Below are positions 50,894 through 62,935 of a stretch of 64,000 nt of DNA, piece by piece. The notes under the pieces were generated by a model. That model worked only from the letters and a program-made list of their open reading frames with translations. It searched no databases and was not told the DNA's origin. Origin of the DNA: Mytilus californianus (Eukaryota). The stretch lies in the NCBI RefSeq assembly GCF_021869535.1, contig NW_026262679.1, forward strand, positions 50,096,001-50,160,000. The letters are read 5' to 3'. The translations under genes were made by a program, and so were the position numbers. The stretch's first letter is position 1; each line of letters starts with the position of its first letter.

Positions 50894-51755
50894 TGGTGTC
50901 GATAAAATTTTATATTGGATGACCATGTTATTCAGTGATTTACATACATGTATGAAGCTAATGTGCTCCAACGGCATGACTACATGTATATGTGTGCTAA
51001 ATTTAATATGTTGATTAATTGATTTCAAATGCAGAATATTCTATTTTAGTGTTATCCTGTTGAAGTTATTATTATCATAGTCTGCTCCGTATTTTAAAAT
51101 TTATTTGATTTTCTACAAGTCCTATTTACAGGAATATTAATATAAAATCTACATTTTTAAGCAAACACATGAACTAAATTTGTATTGTCAATTTTGCTAT
51201 ACGCCTTTACATTTTATCGAAACCTGTAACTTTCAAATCTGAAGCGTTATATCCGCGACACTGAATATTCACTAAATATTTATACATTGTAACAAATATA
51301 AGGAAACGTGTTTTGTTTATGTGCATTAGAACGTTTCTTTGTTTAATGTAAATGAACTCGTACGAATCATAAGTTTTTTAAATGAAGTTTACCGGTTTAT
51401 GAGAAGACAAGGATTGTGGTAAGGTAAATTAATAATTTCTTGTCAATTATTTCCGTTTTTGTTATTTTAGAATGAATATTTCCGTTTTCATTTTTGGGTT
51501 TCATTTGCTTAGAAATCTAGTCATATTTTGTTACACTTTTTGTGAAAATGAAGCTTTCGATGAAAACCGATCAACTTTTAGTTGCTAGTGTACTCAACAA
51601 TAACTTTAGCTATTGAAAACAGAAACAAAACAAACATTGGACATTTCAACCAATTTAAAAAAAAATAGTATGAAGATAAAATCAAATTAAGCAAAATATT
51701 AATCCAATAGTTAAAAAAAATACGTTTTTCTTTTTGTATCTGTAATAATTTCACA

Positions 51756-52068
51756 TAGATATAAGAAGATGTGGTATGAGTGCCAATGAGACAACTCTCC
51801 ATCCAAGTCAAAATTTATAAAAGTAAACCATTATAGGTCACAGTACGGTCTTCAACACGGAGCCTTGGCTCACACCGAACAGTAAGCTATAAAGGGCCCC
51901 AAAAATTACTAGTGTAAAACCATTCAAACGGGAAAACCAACGGTCTAATCTATATAAAAAACGAGAAACGAGAAACACTTATGAACCACATCAACAAACG
52001 ACAACTACTGAACATCAGATTCCTGACTTAGGACAGGTGCAAACAAATGCAGCGGGTTTAAACGTTTT
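51756..52068 (-). repeat. Dispersed repeat family A copy in the 5' UTR intron of the TRIM-like gene
   Basis: Reverse complement of the 683-904 and 5900-6206 sequence. Confidence 0.85.
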
Positions 52069-52381
52069 TAAACATGTTTATATTTTTGAAAATAATTACA
52101 ACTTGTATTTTCTATTATTACAAGTAAGAATAAACATTCGAATGAAATAGAAAAGGTTTGTTGTGAAAATCTTCCACTTTTGGCAATCCCATTTATGAAA
52201 ATCGCCAGAAAATGCCCTGTAGTTTAACTTGCTCGACATTTTGCCTACCTTCTGTATAATTCAAGGTATTAAACAACCACATAGGGCATGATTCAAAATT
52301 GAACAAACGAAAATGCCTTATCAATATCATGTATAGCAATTACATTGTATTTTATAACAATCAAATTGTACATTTCAGAAA

Positions 52382-54920
52382 ATGACATCCCGTTGTGCTT
52401 CTTGTCTTCGCGGTGGTGATGTTGAGAAGCCTACTCATTGGTGTAGCGACTGTTCTGAACCGCTTTGTGCCGATTGTCACAGATATCATATGAAATCGAA
52501 GGTATCAACAAAGCATAAAATTATTACGATTGCTAATGTGTCTGATCTCAGTCCAGCAGTCTTAAATCTTTCATATAAATGTAAAATTCATCATGACCAA
52601 TCGCTTGCTTTCTTCTGTCCGTCGCATGATATGATGTGCTGTGTGTCCTGTATACCACAACACCATAAACAATGTGATCAATTAATAACAATGGATAATG
52701 AGGCAGAAAATGTCAAAAGAAGCAAATTCTTACAAGCTTTAGAGATGAGAATACAGGATGCAAAACTGAAATTGGCAGAATTCGTGAAAAAGAAGAACGA
52801 AAATGTTTCAGTCTTAAATGATCAAAAGGATAAAATACAAAAAGAAATTGGACACATTCGAAAGAGTATAAGCGATCATTTCGAGAAGATTGAAAGTCAA
52901 CTTTATAATGCCTTAACTAGAGCACACGACTCATGTATTCGAACTTTGGAAGAAGGAATCGAACAGATCCAAGAAAGAATTAACAAAATGGATGTATGGC
53001 ATAAAGATATTACAACACTCAAAGAAAACGCTTCAGATGTCCACGTATTTACTGTGGTCAAAACTATCCAACCTCTTCAAAATAAACAAGAAGCATACTT
53101 AAACACATTGCAGGTAGTGTAAAATTAAATGTTAAATGTCTGTATATTGCTTAAGCTCACAAAGTTTTCTCATATTTATATTACTCTTCAAATACAGATT
53201 AAGTGTACACGCTTTGCGGTAAGCACGAAAAGCGTGGACAAAGTGTCTGTATTTTGATAAGATTGGACCATATATTATTGCCAAACAGTGTTAAATTAGT
53301 TCTTATTTTAAAATTCCTTTGTCGCTTCTTCTGGTAACCTGCATGCTTTGCATAGTTTCCACATTGCTCCTTTGACTGCATAGGTCTTGAACAATGCCGA
53401 AAAATCACATAACACTACGTTTTTTTTTAAATGTACGATACTGTTCAAATGATCATAGTATGTTTAAATGGGGTTCATCTTGCTGAATCGTCAAACGGCA
53501 AACCTCGGCAGAATTCGCTATTCTTCATCTAACTGTTAAATCTGCCGAGGTGTGCCGAATGTACATATACAGCTGAGGTAAGATTGTAAGATCTGCCGAG
53601 GTGTGCCGAATTGCCGAATCATGTGCTTTCTTTATAGTGTTTGTTTTGTTTTACTTGTTTGTCTTTCGACCATTGTGTTCTTTGTCACTTTTCAGCTTAC
53701 ATTTTGTATGTACTCCCTTGGTATTTCATTCACATACATTTTTTTATACTTTTTTAACAATGATGTCATGCTTAAGAACAGAAAGAGACAATGTACGTTT
53801 TCAATGAAATATGGAATACAATATTAACTGTATGTTCAGTATTAACTTTTAAAAAGTACAATGAAGTAATTTAGAAGACAATATATAGATCGAAAACTTT
53901 TGTCATTAAGTTGCAAATGTTTTTGAGTACTCTTTGTAAAAGGAATACTTCTATGTATAATTTAAAAATATTAATGTTCTATTTTAGGATGAATATAGTA
54001 AGCTGAACATTGAATTCATTGGAGAGGAATCGTGGCGACATCTTATTGCCGATGTTCCGTCTTTCGGAGAAATTTCTGTTACAGAGACGAACCCCGCTAA
54101 AGGCAAGGATTATCTACACTTCAAACGCAATAATTTAGCAACGACCCTTGACGAAAAACTAATCAAAATACCACAGAATAGAAAATTCAACTTTGCAACA
54201 GCTAAACTCGACAAAGGAACAAAAATTAGAAGCGGGTGCTTTTTAGCAGACGATAGACTCCTTTTGGCAAGTTTTAATGACACCTGCGTTTACGTCTGCA
54301 ACAAAGATGGTGAAAAAAGAAAGAAGATACCGCTGCAATTTAAACTGTCCGATCTTAGTTCCTTTGATAAGCAACATGTAATAATTGGTACAGGTTCAAG
54401 CATTAGAACTTTCAAAACCAGTACTTTAAGTCTTGGCGAATGTATTTCAGATACTTTAAGGAATGATGTTATATCCTCTGCAAATAATCAAATAGCTATT
54501 CGATCGCCTTCAGGAACCATTTCTGTTTTGGACATCAAAGGAAAATTATTACGAGAACTTAAAGTACGATCTTACGGGTATATCACAATAGACAGATTTG
54601 GTCGTGTTTATTATACAAACAACGCAAAAAACGAGGTGCACTGTTTCTACCCCAATGGTTCCCATGGTTGTATTTACCGACACGAAAGATTGAAAGACCC
54701 ATCTGGTATGACAACTGATGATGCCGGCAATGTCTACGTAGCTGGACATCTGTCTCACAATATTCATAAAATTTCGGGACAAGGAAAGGAACACGAAATT
54801 CTTCTTTCTTATAAAGATGGTATAATTCATCCACAACGTATTGCATTTCGGGAAAAGTCGAAAGAACTCTTGATAATTAATAATGAATGGAGATCTGTTG
54901 AAATATACCAATTACACTAA
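52382..54920 (+). CDS. RING-less TRIM-like protein (two B-boxes, coiled coil, NHL-like beta-propeller), 554 aa; join(52382..53113,53988..54920)
   Basis: B-box1 CASC...WCSDCSEPLCADCHRYH, B-box2 CKIHHDQSLAFFCPSHDMMCCVSCIPQHHKQC, heptad region, PSGMTTDDAGNVYVAGHLSHNIH; phase-0 CAG/GTAG donor and TTTTAG/GAT acceptor in frame; acceptor TTTCAG just before the ATG; candidate 5' non-coding exon ends at 51418. Confidence 0.92.
53484..53621. mobile_element. Small MITE-like inverted repeat in the TRIM intron
   Basis: TGAATCGTCAAACGGCAAACCTCGGCAGA ... TCTGCCGAGGTGTGCCGAATTGCCGAATCA. Confidence 0.55.
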
Positions 54921-55854
54921 CAATCTATGTTCGATCTGATATCTTATTAAATATACTAGAAACCTTAAGAGTAATATATATTTTATTAATACTGCCATGA
55001 GGATATAAAATTTTTGCAAGCATAATTATAGTAATAAAAAACCAAATGGAACGAAACCGAACATCCACCAATAACATCTAAGCACAGGCACTTGTCTCTG
55101 AAAATTTTATCCTATATACCTTAATATAACACAAGGTACTTAAGTCGCATTTTTTAAAAATGACAATTGGTCGCGAACTTTCGTTATATTTCGGTTCCTC
55201 GGTTGTCTACCCCACTTAAACTTATGCCGTAAATCTACATTGATTTATCTACACAATGGTGTATCACAAGCCTACCTAGACCAACACTGTCGGAAGCGAA
55301 GAATGCTTGAGAATATAACTACCAATAAAACAACACAATGGAGTTCAACCTTAGTCTTAATTTAGTCTCAGCGGAAAATGTACAATCAAACTTTATAATG
55401 TAAATAGTACAAATAACGAAGTACTCGTCTGGTTACTTGCTAGGTTTAATGTACTATCTCAGACTGAGAGATAACTACCAGTCATCGATATTTGGGATGC
55501 CGTTAGATAAGCATTCCTACACCTTATATTAATTATAGACACAATACAATATGAGGCTCTTTTGCTTTCTTCAAAGCCTTCCAAATTTTTATATCTTCGT
55601 ATTTGGGTTGCGAATAAAAGAACACTCCTGATTGGCTATTTATATTTAAGAGGCAATTGTTTACCAGTAACCGTCAGAATATCTCATTTTTTACGGAAAA
55701 CTTTTAGACTCTGCTGAGTATTACTCCTCCGAACTGGTTTTATATACATGTGACCAATTTTGAGTTTTCGTGTGTATAAGGTGCTATTGGTAACTAATAT
55801 CAATGCAGCTTTATACATCCAGCAATTTTTATAAAATGAAAACACACACTTTCA

Positions 55855-55900
55855 TGCGTCCCAAGCGCTTTATTTCTGGATTAACTTTCATCAGGAACGC
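55855..55900 (-). ncRNA. Degenerate minimal hammerhead ribozyme-like motif
   Basis: Minus strand GCGTTC-CTGATGA-AAGTTAATCCA-GAAA-TAAAGCGCTT-GGGACGC; same family as 62439. Confidence 0.4.
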
Positions 55901-56205
55901 AACGCCGAATATTTGAAAGATAAGAATGTATAAGAACCAATCAACTTATCTATAGTATCATTTAAGTCATAATAAAGAATGGTAAAAAGGGGGCGTGGAG
56001 ATACCAAAGGGGATTGATCAACGTTATTCTCTATGGAAAAATATTTAATTCATATTCAGGGCAAGAACAGGTTTAAAATTCCCGTTCCAACCGACGAGGT
56101 TCGGTTTTAGTTTATTAAAATACATACCGCACACCCAAACGATCGCCTCTTGTGATTGAGCTGTATACCTCAAACTGAGAATTTGGCATCAATTTCTATA
56201 AAAGT

Positions 56206-57327
56206 GGGTACACTCGGAGGGATAGTATGCATACGAGTTACATTAGGGGGATACACTCGGAGGGATGAACGAAGGAATTGCCAATACGCATACGAGTTGT
56301 TTTTGGGGGGACACTCGGAGGGATGAATGAAGGATTATCAATATGCATACGAGTTATATTGGGATACACTCGGAGGGATGAATGAAGGAACTGTCAGTAT
56401 GCATAAAAGTTATATAAGGGAATACACTCGGAGGAATGAATGAATGAACTGTCAGTATGCATACGAGTTATATTAGGGGTACACTCGGAGGGATGAATGA
56501 AGGAACTGTCAGTATACATAAGAGTTATATAAGGGGATACACTCGGAGGGATGAATGAAGGAATTATCAGTATGCATACGAGATTTATTAGGGGTACACT
56601 CGGAGGGATGAATGAAGGAACTGTCAGTATGCATAAGAGTTATATAAGGGGATACACTCGGAGGGATGAATGAAGGAACTGTCAGTATGCATACGAGTTA
56701 TATTAGGGGTACACTCGTAGGGATGAATGAAGGAATTGTCAGTATGCATAAGAGTTATATAAGGGGATACACTCGGAGGGATGAATGAAGGAACTGTCAG
56801 TATGCATACGAGTTATATTAGGGGTACACTCGTAGGGATGAATGAAGGAATTATCAGTATGCATACGAGTTATATTAGGGGTACACTCGTAGGGATGAAT
56901 GAAGGAACTGTCAGTATGCATACGAGTTATATTAGGGGTACACTCGTAGGGATGAATGAAGGAATTATCAGTATGCATACGAGTTATATTAGGGGTACAC
57001 TCGTAGGGATGAATGAAGGAACTGTCAGTATGCATAAGAGTTATATTAGGGGGTACACTCGGAGGGATGAATGAAGGAATTACCAATATGCATACGAGTT
57101 GTATTAGTGGTACACTCGGAGGGATGAAGAAGGAATTGTCAGTATGCATACGAGTTACATTAGGGGGTACACTCGGAGGGATGAATGAAGGAATTGCCAA
57201 AATGCATACGAGTTGTATTAGTGGTACACTCGGAGGGATGAAGAAGGAATTGTCAGTATGCATACGAGTTATATTGGGGTACACTCGGAGGGATGAATGA
57301 AGGAATTATCAGTATGCATAAGAGTTA
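56206..57327. repeat. Minisatellite, about 60-63 bp unit, about 18 copies
   Basis: TACACTCG(G/T)AGGGATGAATGAAGGAA(C/T)TGTCAGTATGCATACGAGTTATATTAGGGG in tandem; explains the repetitive ORFs 56739-57300. Confidence 0.95.
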
Positions 57328-57494
57328 TCTAAATTCTGTATTGTGTTGCTAAAAAGTAAATCGAGGTTATCCAATTCTTCTATTTTGTTGTGCAAACTAT
57401 TTGCAACAAAACTTGCTAATTTGTTCAAGTAATATGTTGAACTTGGGATCAGGTACAATGCATTATCAAAGTAAGCGTTGAAAAAAACTTTTAA

Positions 57495-58837
57495 AGGTCA
57501 AGGAACAGATTTTCGTTTAATTTTGCATACTACTTTGGCTCATTAAAATATAACTGAAAATCGAAAAAAATATGCATTTATCTCTTTAATTGTCTGAACT
57601 ATTACTTATTGAATTCTTTCAAAATAGGTGGATAATTGTATAAAAACGACACAAAGTAAGCGAAAAGCGTTCTTAAAATTGTCTTAAAAGCATCAAATCT
57701 CAAATTTCAAGTAAAATAGATTTTTCTTAAAAAACTATATGTTGTTGATACATAAATTTCCAGGTTAATGATGTAGAATAATCATAGGGTCACAGACTTG
57801 TTTTTAGGGTATGAACAAATCCGTTATCTAGTTGGTAGTGAAACACGTCAAAAATCGACGTTTTACGGCCTATACAACGCGATGAAGTTACGCTTATTTC
57901 GACGTTTTGCGGTATTTTATAAACCTAGAACACTTTTTTGAATGCTGCATACGGTAAAAACGAAGTCGGTGACCCCATTATAATTTTGCATCATTAAAAC
58001 GGAAATTTATGTACCAACAACAGATAGTTTTTAAGAATTTTATGTACTTTCTTTACAAATTAAATCCATTGGATGCTGGATGTGTACTGATGGATATATT
58101 AGTCTTAGATTCATGATTTATTTTATTATTTTTTGGCTTTGAACTAGTTGTCAGTAACTGCAAGTACTCTCAGATATGAACTTTGTGTCTTTTTTGTTGT
58201 TAGGGATGCATACATACCCTGCCACGTCCGATCTGTGTTTTTGTTAGATGTTTTTCTGCTTTGTAAAGATCTGATGAGTTAAGCCATTTTCAACTGATTT
58301 TTATAGTTTGTTCTTATGTTGTGCTGTTACACCACTTTCCCAGGTTAGGAGGGTTGAGCGCTCACAAACATGTTTAACCCCGCCACGTTCCATATGTGTC
58401 TGTCCCAAGCCTGTAGCTCAGTGGTTGTCGTTGGTTCATGTCTATCATACTTGTTTTTTAAATTAGTAAATTGTTATAAATTAGGCCGTTGGTTTTCTCA
58501 ATTGAATTGTTTCATATTTTTCATGTCGGGCCTTTTATAGCCGACTATACGGTATGGGTTTTTCTCATTGTTGCAGACCGTACGGTTGCATATAATTGCT
58601 TACATCCATTTCATTTGAACTTGGGTGGATAGCTCTCTCATTGGCAATCATACCACATCTCCTTATTTTTATATAAATGTTCACTGATTTTAAAAGAATT
58701 CAATCTGTAATATTTCAGAAAATAAAAGAAATAAATGCATTATTTTTTCGGTTTTAAGTTACACTTCAACGAGCCATAGATGTATGCAAAACTTTACCAA
58801 AATATGTGACATAGTCCATTTACTGTAACTTGACCTT
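57495..58837. mobile_element. Kolobok-type MITE containing a PLE 3' UTR fragment (58050-58675)
   Basis: TTAA-AGGTCAAGGAACAG ... CTGTAACTTGACCT-TAAA. Confidence 0.5.
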
Positions 58838-60454
58838 AAATTTCTGTCCCTATTCAGTAAATTCCTATATTTTTAGTGGCATTCCATATCACTCCGGTCA
58901 ACCCCCTATTGCAGGACCTACTTCCTATTGTATTTATTGTTAATATGTCGAACATGCCTGAACTATTTAACACTGGACGAAAAGCAAACAACAATCAATT
59001 AACAAATCTTGTGCTGGTCATAAGTTGGCTGCTCAAGGGCGAACACACATATCCACGCACAACGGAGACAATGTCAAAATGATATTTAGTTAATCATGCA
59101 AGACGTAAAGTATATTAAAACGTTCCCATGAAATTTAGAAAAAACATTTTATCTGAAATCATAAGTCCTTGAATGTAAGAACTGCTTGATGTAAGCCTTT
59201 ATTCTGTATAATCCTAAATTATCCGATGTCATAAATCTGTCGCATACTTTATTAAAACCATGCCACTTGGTAACTGAATTTATTAAGAAAAGTTAACCTT
59301 TTAAAAAAGAGAGGCGGAGGATGTGAAAAAAATATATGACGAATAATTACATTCACACATGTACAGCACTGGATTTCTTAAACTGGCAATATTCCGAGTT
59401 ATCTTTCTTTATTCGGGAATAAACATTTTAATTTTTCTGACGCTGAAACAGTTTTCCAACGAGTACCTACGTCAGCAAACGTCACTGCAATTAAAACAAC
59501 ATTAATCAAAATTGGATGAAATATTGCAGCTGTTTACCGAGAGTATTGACAGAACAAAAAGGGAAAGCGACGGATGGAATATATCACTTCGCACAACTCA
59601 TTGGGACAATTTAATACGTAAATTGGTCATTTATCTAACATATTTGTCAATAAATTTTTATTTTTGCCTTTTTGCGAAGGATTTATGGAGATTGTCTACG
59701 AAATCACTGTAATTTAAAACAGGTTTAATAATATTCATAAATATGTCACAATTATAATTGGCTATTATTATAGTAGTCGATTTCTAAAACTATTTTTGAT
59801 AACGATTATACCCGTATTTGAACTGAAGGAGCGGCAGCGCAGGTGTTTGTTTTCGTGTGGACTCATTGAAATTTGAGTCTATATTTGTTATTATGAATGA
59901 TTTTGTGAAGGCAAAATCGTACGTGCTATACATACTGTGTCCAATGATGCACTATTCTATTAAAAAAAAGGTGTGCACAAAACAAGAAATTGAAAATGAA
60001 GATATGACCTTTTCTTAGACGGTGCCCAATGAGGTTAAGGTAGTTGTACATTGTATGACGTTTAATCAAAATAGCAGATGACACCAGACTAACATCTTCC
60101 AATAATTTCCTGATTTTTCTATTGAAAAGCAGTTCACTTTTGAGACGCATTCAAATGCAGAAGGTGTTTATTTGTATATGAGTACCTCTCTCAAAAGTAT
60201 ACTAATCTTCACATTTTTACCGCGTGAAGTTAATAAAAGGTTTATAATTTTCCAAGATACCTATATTTAAAAACACGTGTCTAAAGCTAACATTTTAGAT
60301 AAACTACATCTACTGGAGAAAATACCGAAGAAAACAACGTTAAGACACTAATAATATCTCTGTAAGACTATCCTGTTTTGTAAATAACTACAGTAGCAAC
60401 ACAGTTATCTAAATCTATAGCTCAACTTTTCATTAATTTAAATAAATATACAAT

Positions 60455-60870
60455 AAGAAGATGTGATATGATTGCCAATGAGACAACTATCCACTAGAGA
60501 CCAAAAGACATAGATGTTAGAAACCACCGGTATATATCACCGTGTGGCCTTCAACAATGATCAGAACCCATAAAAGGACCCGAGTGACGAAATGTAAAAA
60601 AGTTTAAAAATAATTCGAGAAAACCTAACGGCCTGATTTATGTACAAAACAATAAACGTAAAACAAATAAATATGATGTACAGCAACAAACGACAACCAC
60701 TGAGTTACAGGCGCCTGACTTGGGACTGGCACACACAAAAAGTTATGAGGGTTAACATGTTTGCGGGCGCCATACCATACCCCTCCTTACCTGGGACAGA
60801 GGTATAACAGCACAACAGAACAACCTACTAGTATAAAATACAGTTGAAAAGCGCTCGACTCATCAGATCG
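60455..60870 (-). repeat. Penelope-like-element 3' tail repeat (family B)
   Basis: ATAAGAAGATGTGATATGATTGCCAATGAGACAACT ... CAGTTGAAAAGCGCTCGACTCATCAGAT. Confidence 0.7.
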
Positions 60871-61149
60871 ATACAAAGCACAAAAATACTAAAGACACAC
60901 AGTACCGATCTAAGATTACTCGTAAATACTTAAAGCTAGATTAAAGACAAAAACAACTATTATTACAAAAATTTCGTATTCAGGACAAGACAGAATCTGA
61001 TCGTTTCAAACTAACAAATTCCACTGTCTGCTCAACTAATTCATAACAGTCTTTAACATTTTTAAGACTTTTAGACTTGTCAAATGTAAATCTATATTTG
61101 AAAGGGTCACATGCATTCACTTCTGAAAATCGAATAGCTATTCTAGTTT

Positions 61150-62195
61150 CACACGGACAACTCTACGTCTATTACGACATTTCCTTTGTCAATTTTCCTT
61201 CTTGGACGATCATGTTCCTTTGAACACATCGTGCGGTGTTTTTATATCCTCACTTGTTAGCTATGCCGGTGTCTTTGGTGACGTTTTAGATTTCAATGAA
61301 CGTAATCTATTTATCACTGGTAAATTCTTAAGTCAGGGATATCGTTACTTAAATTTGTACTAAATTCTTTTAATTATAGATACAAGAATTGGTTTGGAAG
61401 TTTGGCTGTACTTGTATAAAACATATTACAAACGGGATACCCCATTCTACTTTTTACGGTGATGTTCTAAAAGGTAATCAGTTGAATACTGTAGAAAGAT
61501 CTTTGAATACTGCTTTCATTGGTAATAACATTGATTTTGTTATTAGTAAATTAAAACATGACTAAATATTTATTAAAGTTATGAACTCTTACGGTTTTAC
61601 ATCCTGTCGATACTTATATTTTGGTATTGCACTAGGTCATGTTTTCTCATATAATGTCTTTACACTAAATCCATTGGATGTGTACTGATGATCTAAATAT
61701 AGGAAACACGATTTATTTTTCAATTCTTTATTTTATCAATAACAAATTTAGTTGTAATTAGCTCTTAACTAGCTTTCAGTAACTGCGAGTAATCCTAGAT
61801 ATGTACATAAGGCTTTAGTCTTTTTGTTAGTTTCTTTTTTAAAATCTTTGTGTCGATTAAATGAGTCTCGAACTGATTTTAATACTATGATTTAATGTTT
61901 AAATGTAACACTATTATCCCAGACAAGAGGAAGGGTTGAGCGCTCGAAAATATGTTTAACCCCGCCACATTCTGCATGTGCCTGTCCCAAGTCAAGAGCC
62001 TGTTATTCAGTGGTTGTCAGTGGTCGCTGTCTATTATTTTTGATTTTTGTTTATTGCTTTGTTTAAAAATCAGGCCGTTGGTTTTGCTAATTGCCGGAGG
62101 CTGTTCGGTAACCTATAATTGCTTAATAAAGGTACGATTCATTTGGACTCTGTTAGATAGTTGTATCATTGGCAATCAAACGTCATCTTCGTGTT
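61150..62195 (+). mobile_element. Degenerate Penelope-like element: RT C-terminus plus 3' UTR ending in the family B tail
   Basis: Translates to FVNFPFLD..VP....GVFIS.LV.YA...LDFNERNL.ITGK.LSQGYRY, matching the RT thumb region of the 46.5-kb element; continues into GATAGTTGTATCATTGGCAATC. Confidence 0.7.
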
Positions 62196-62438
62196 TTTTA
62201 GTTGCCTGACATTCAGGGCAAACAAGTTATCCTCCTCAATGGTAATGAGATGGACCGTACTAATAAAAAGGATGAAAAAAAATATCTATCAGGTGCTGTT
62301 ATACTTAATTGATAAGGTAAATTTGCATTATTTTAGGATTTAGGCTGATATTAGTAGGTCATTATTAACGGCAGAAGATTATATCATTAAAGATTATTCG
62401 ATAAAAATATTACCCTAAAGTTTTGTCAATGGTCAAAA

Positions 62439-62478
62439 GTTCCTGATGAAGGTGAATCGAGAAAAGCGCTTCGGACGC
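62439..62478 (+). ncRNA. Minimal type I hammerhead ribozyme variant (PLE-associated)
   Basis: GTTC-CTGATGA-AGGTGAATCGA-GAAA-AGCGCT-TC-GGAC(GC); palindromic stem III AAGCGCTT; weak stem II. Confidence 0.55.
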
Positions 62479-62574
62479 ATGTAAATAAAGTGTTTTTAAC
62501 TTTATTTTTTGCAAACAACCTTAAACAGTGTCTGTTCATTTAAAAAAAATATTTATATTGTCTTTCATTCTATC

Positions 62575-62935
62575 GTAAATGTACGTCTCTGTCACGTTAT
62601 TGTAAACGTACGTCGCTGTCACGCTATCGTAAACGTACGTCGGTGTCACGATATCGTAAACGTACATCTCTGTCACGCTATCGTAAACGTACGTCTCTGT
62701 CACGCTACCGTAAACGTACGTACGTCTCTGTCATGCTATCGTAAACAAACGTCTCTGTCACGCTACCGTAAACGTACTTGTACGTACGTCTCTGTCACGC
62801 TATCGTAAACGTACGTCTCTGTCACGCTATTGTACAGGTACGTCTCTGTCACGCTATCGTAAAGGTACGTCTCTGTCACGCTATCGTACAGGTACGTCTC
62901 TGTCACGCTATCGTACAGGTACGTCTCTGTCAAGC
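62575..62935. repeat. Minisatellite, 24-25 bp unit, about 14 copies
   Basis: CGTAAACGTACGTCTCTGTCACGCTAT in tandem; explains the ORFs at 62509-62996. Confidence 0.95.

Noticed and set aside
57310-57490. Stop-free minus-strand stretch (VFFNAYFDNALYLIPSS...) abutting a Kolobok MITE
   Set aside because: No start, convincing acceptor or homology; could be chance.
58270-58310. CTGATGAG motif as a hammerhead or SECIS
   Set aside because: No stem II-GAAA follows, and the helix after ATGA is only 3-4 bp, too short for a SECIS.
59926-60150. 74-aa minus ORF with a possible donor (AAAG/GTCAT)
   Set aside because: No recognisable domain and no phase-compatible downstream exon found.
61684-61715. CTGATGA...GAAA as a hammerhead
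   Set aside because: Stems I and III cannot be formed, and the homologous copy at about 58085 lacks the motif.
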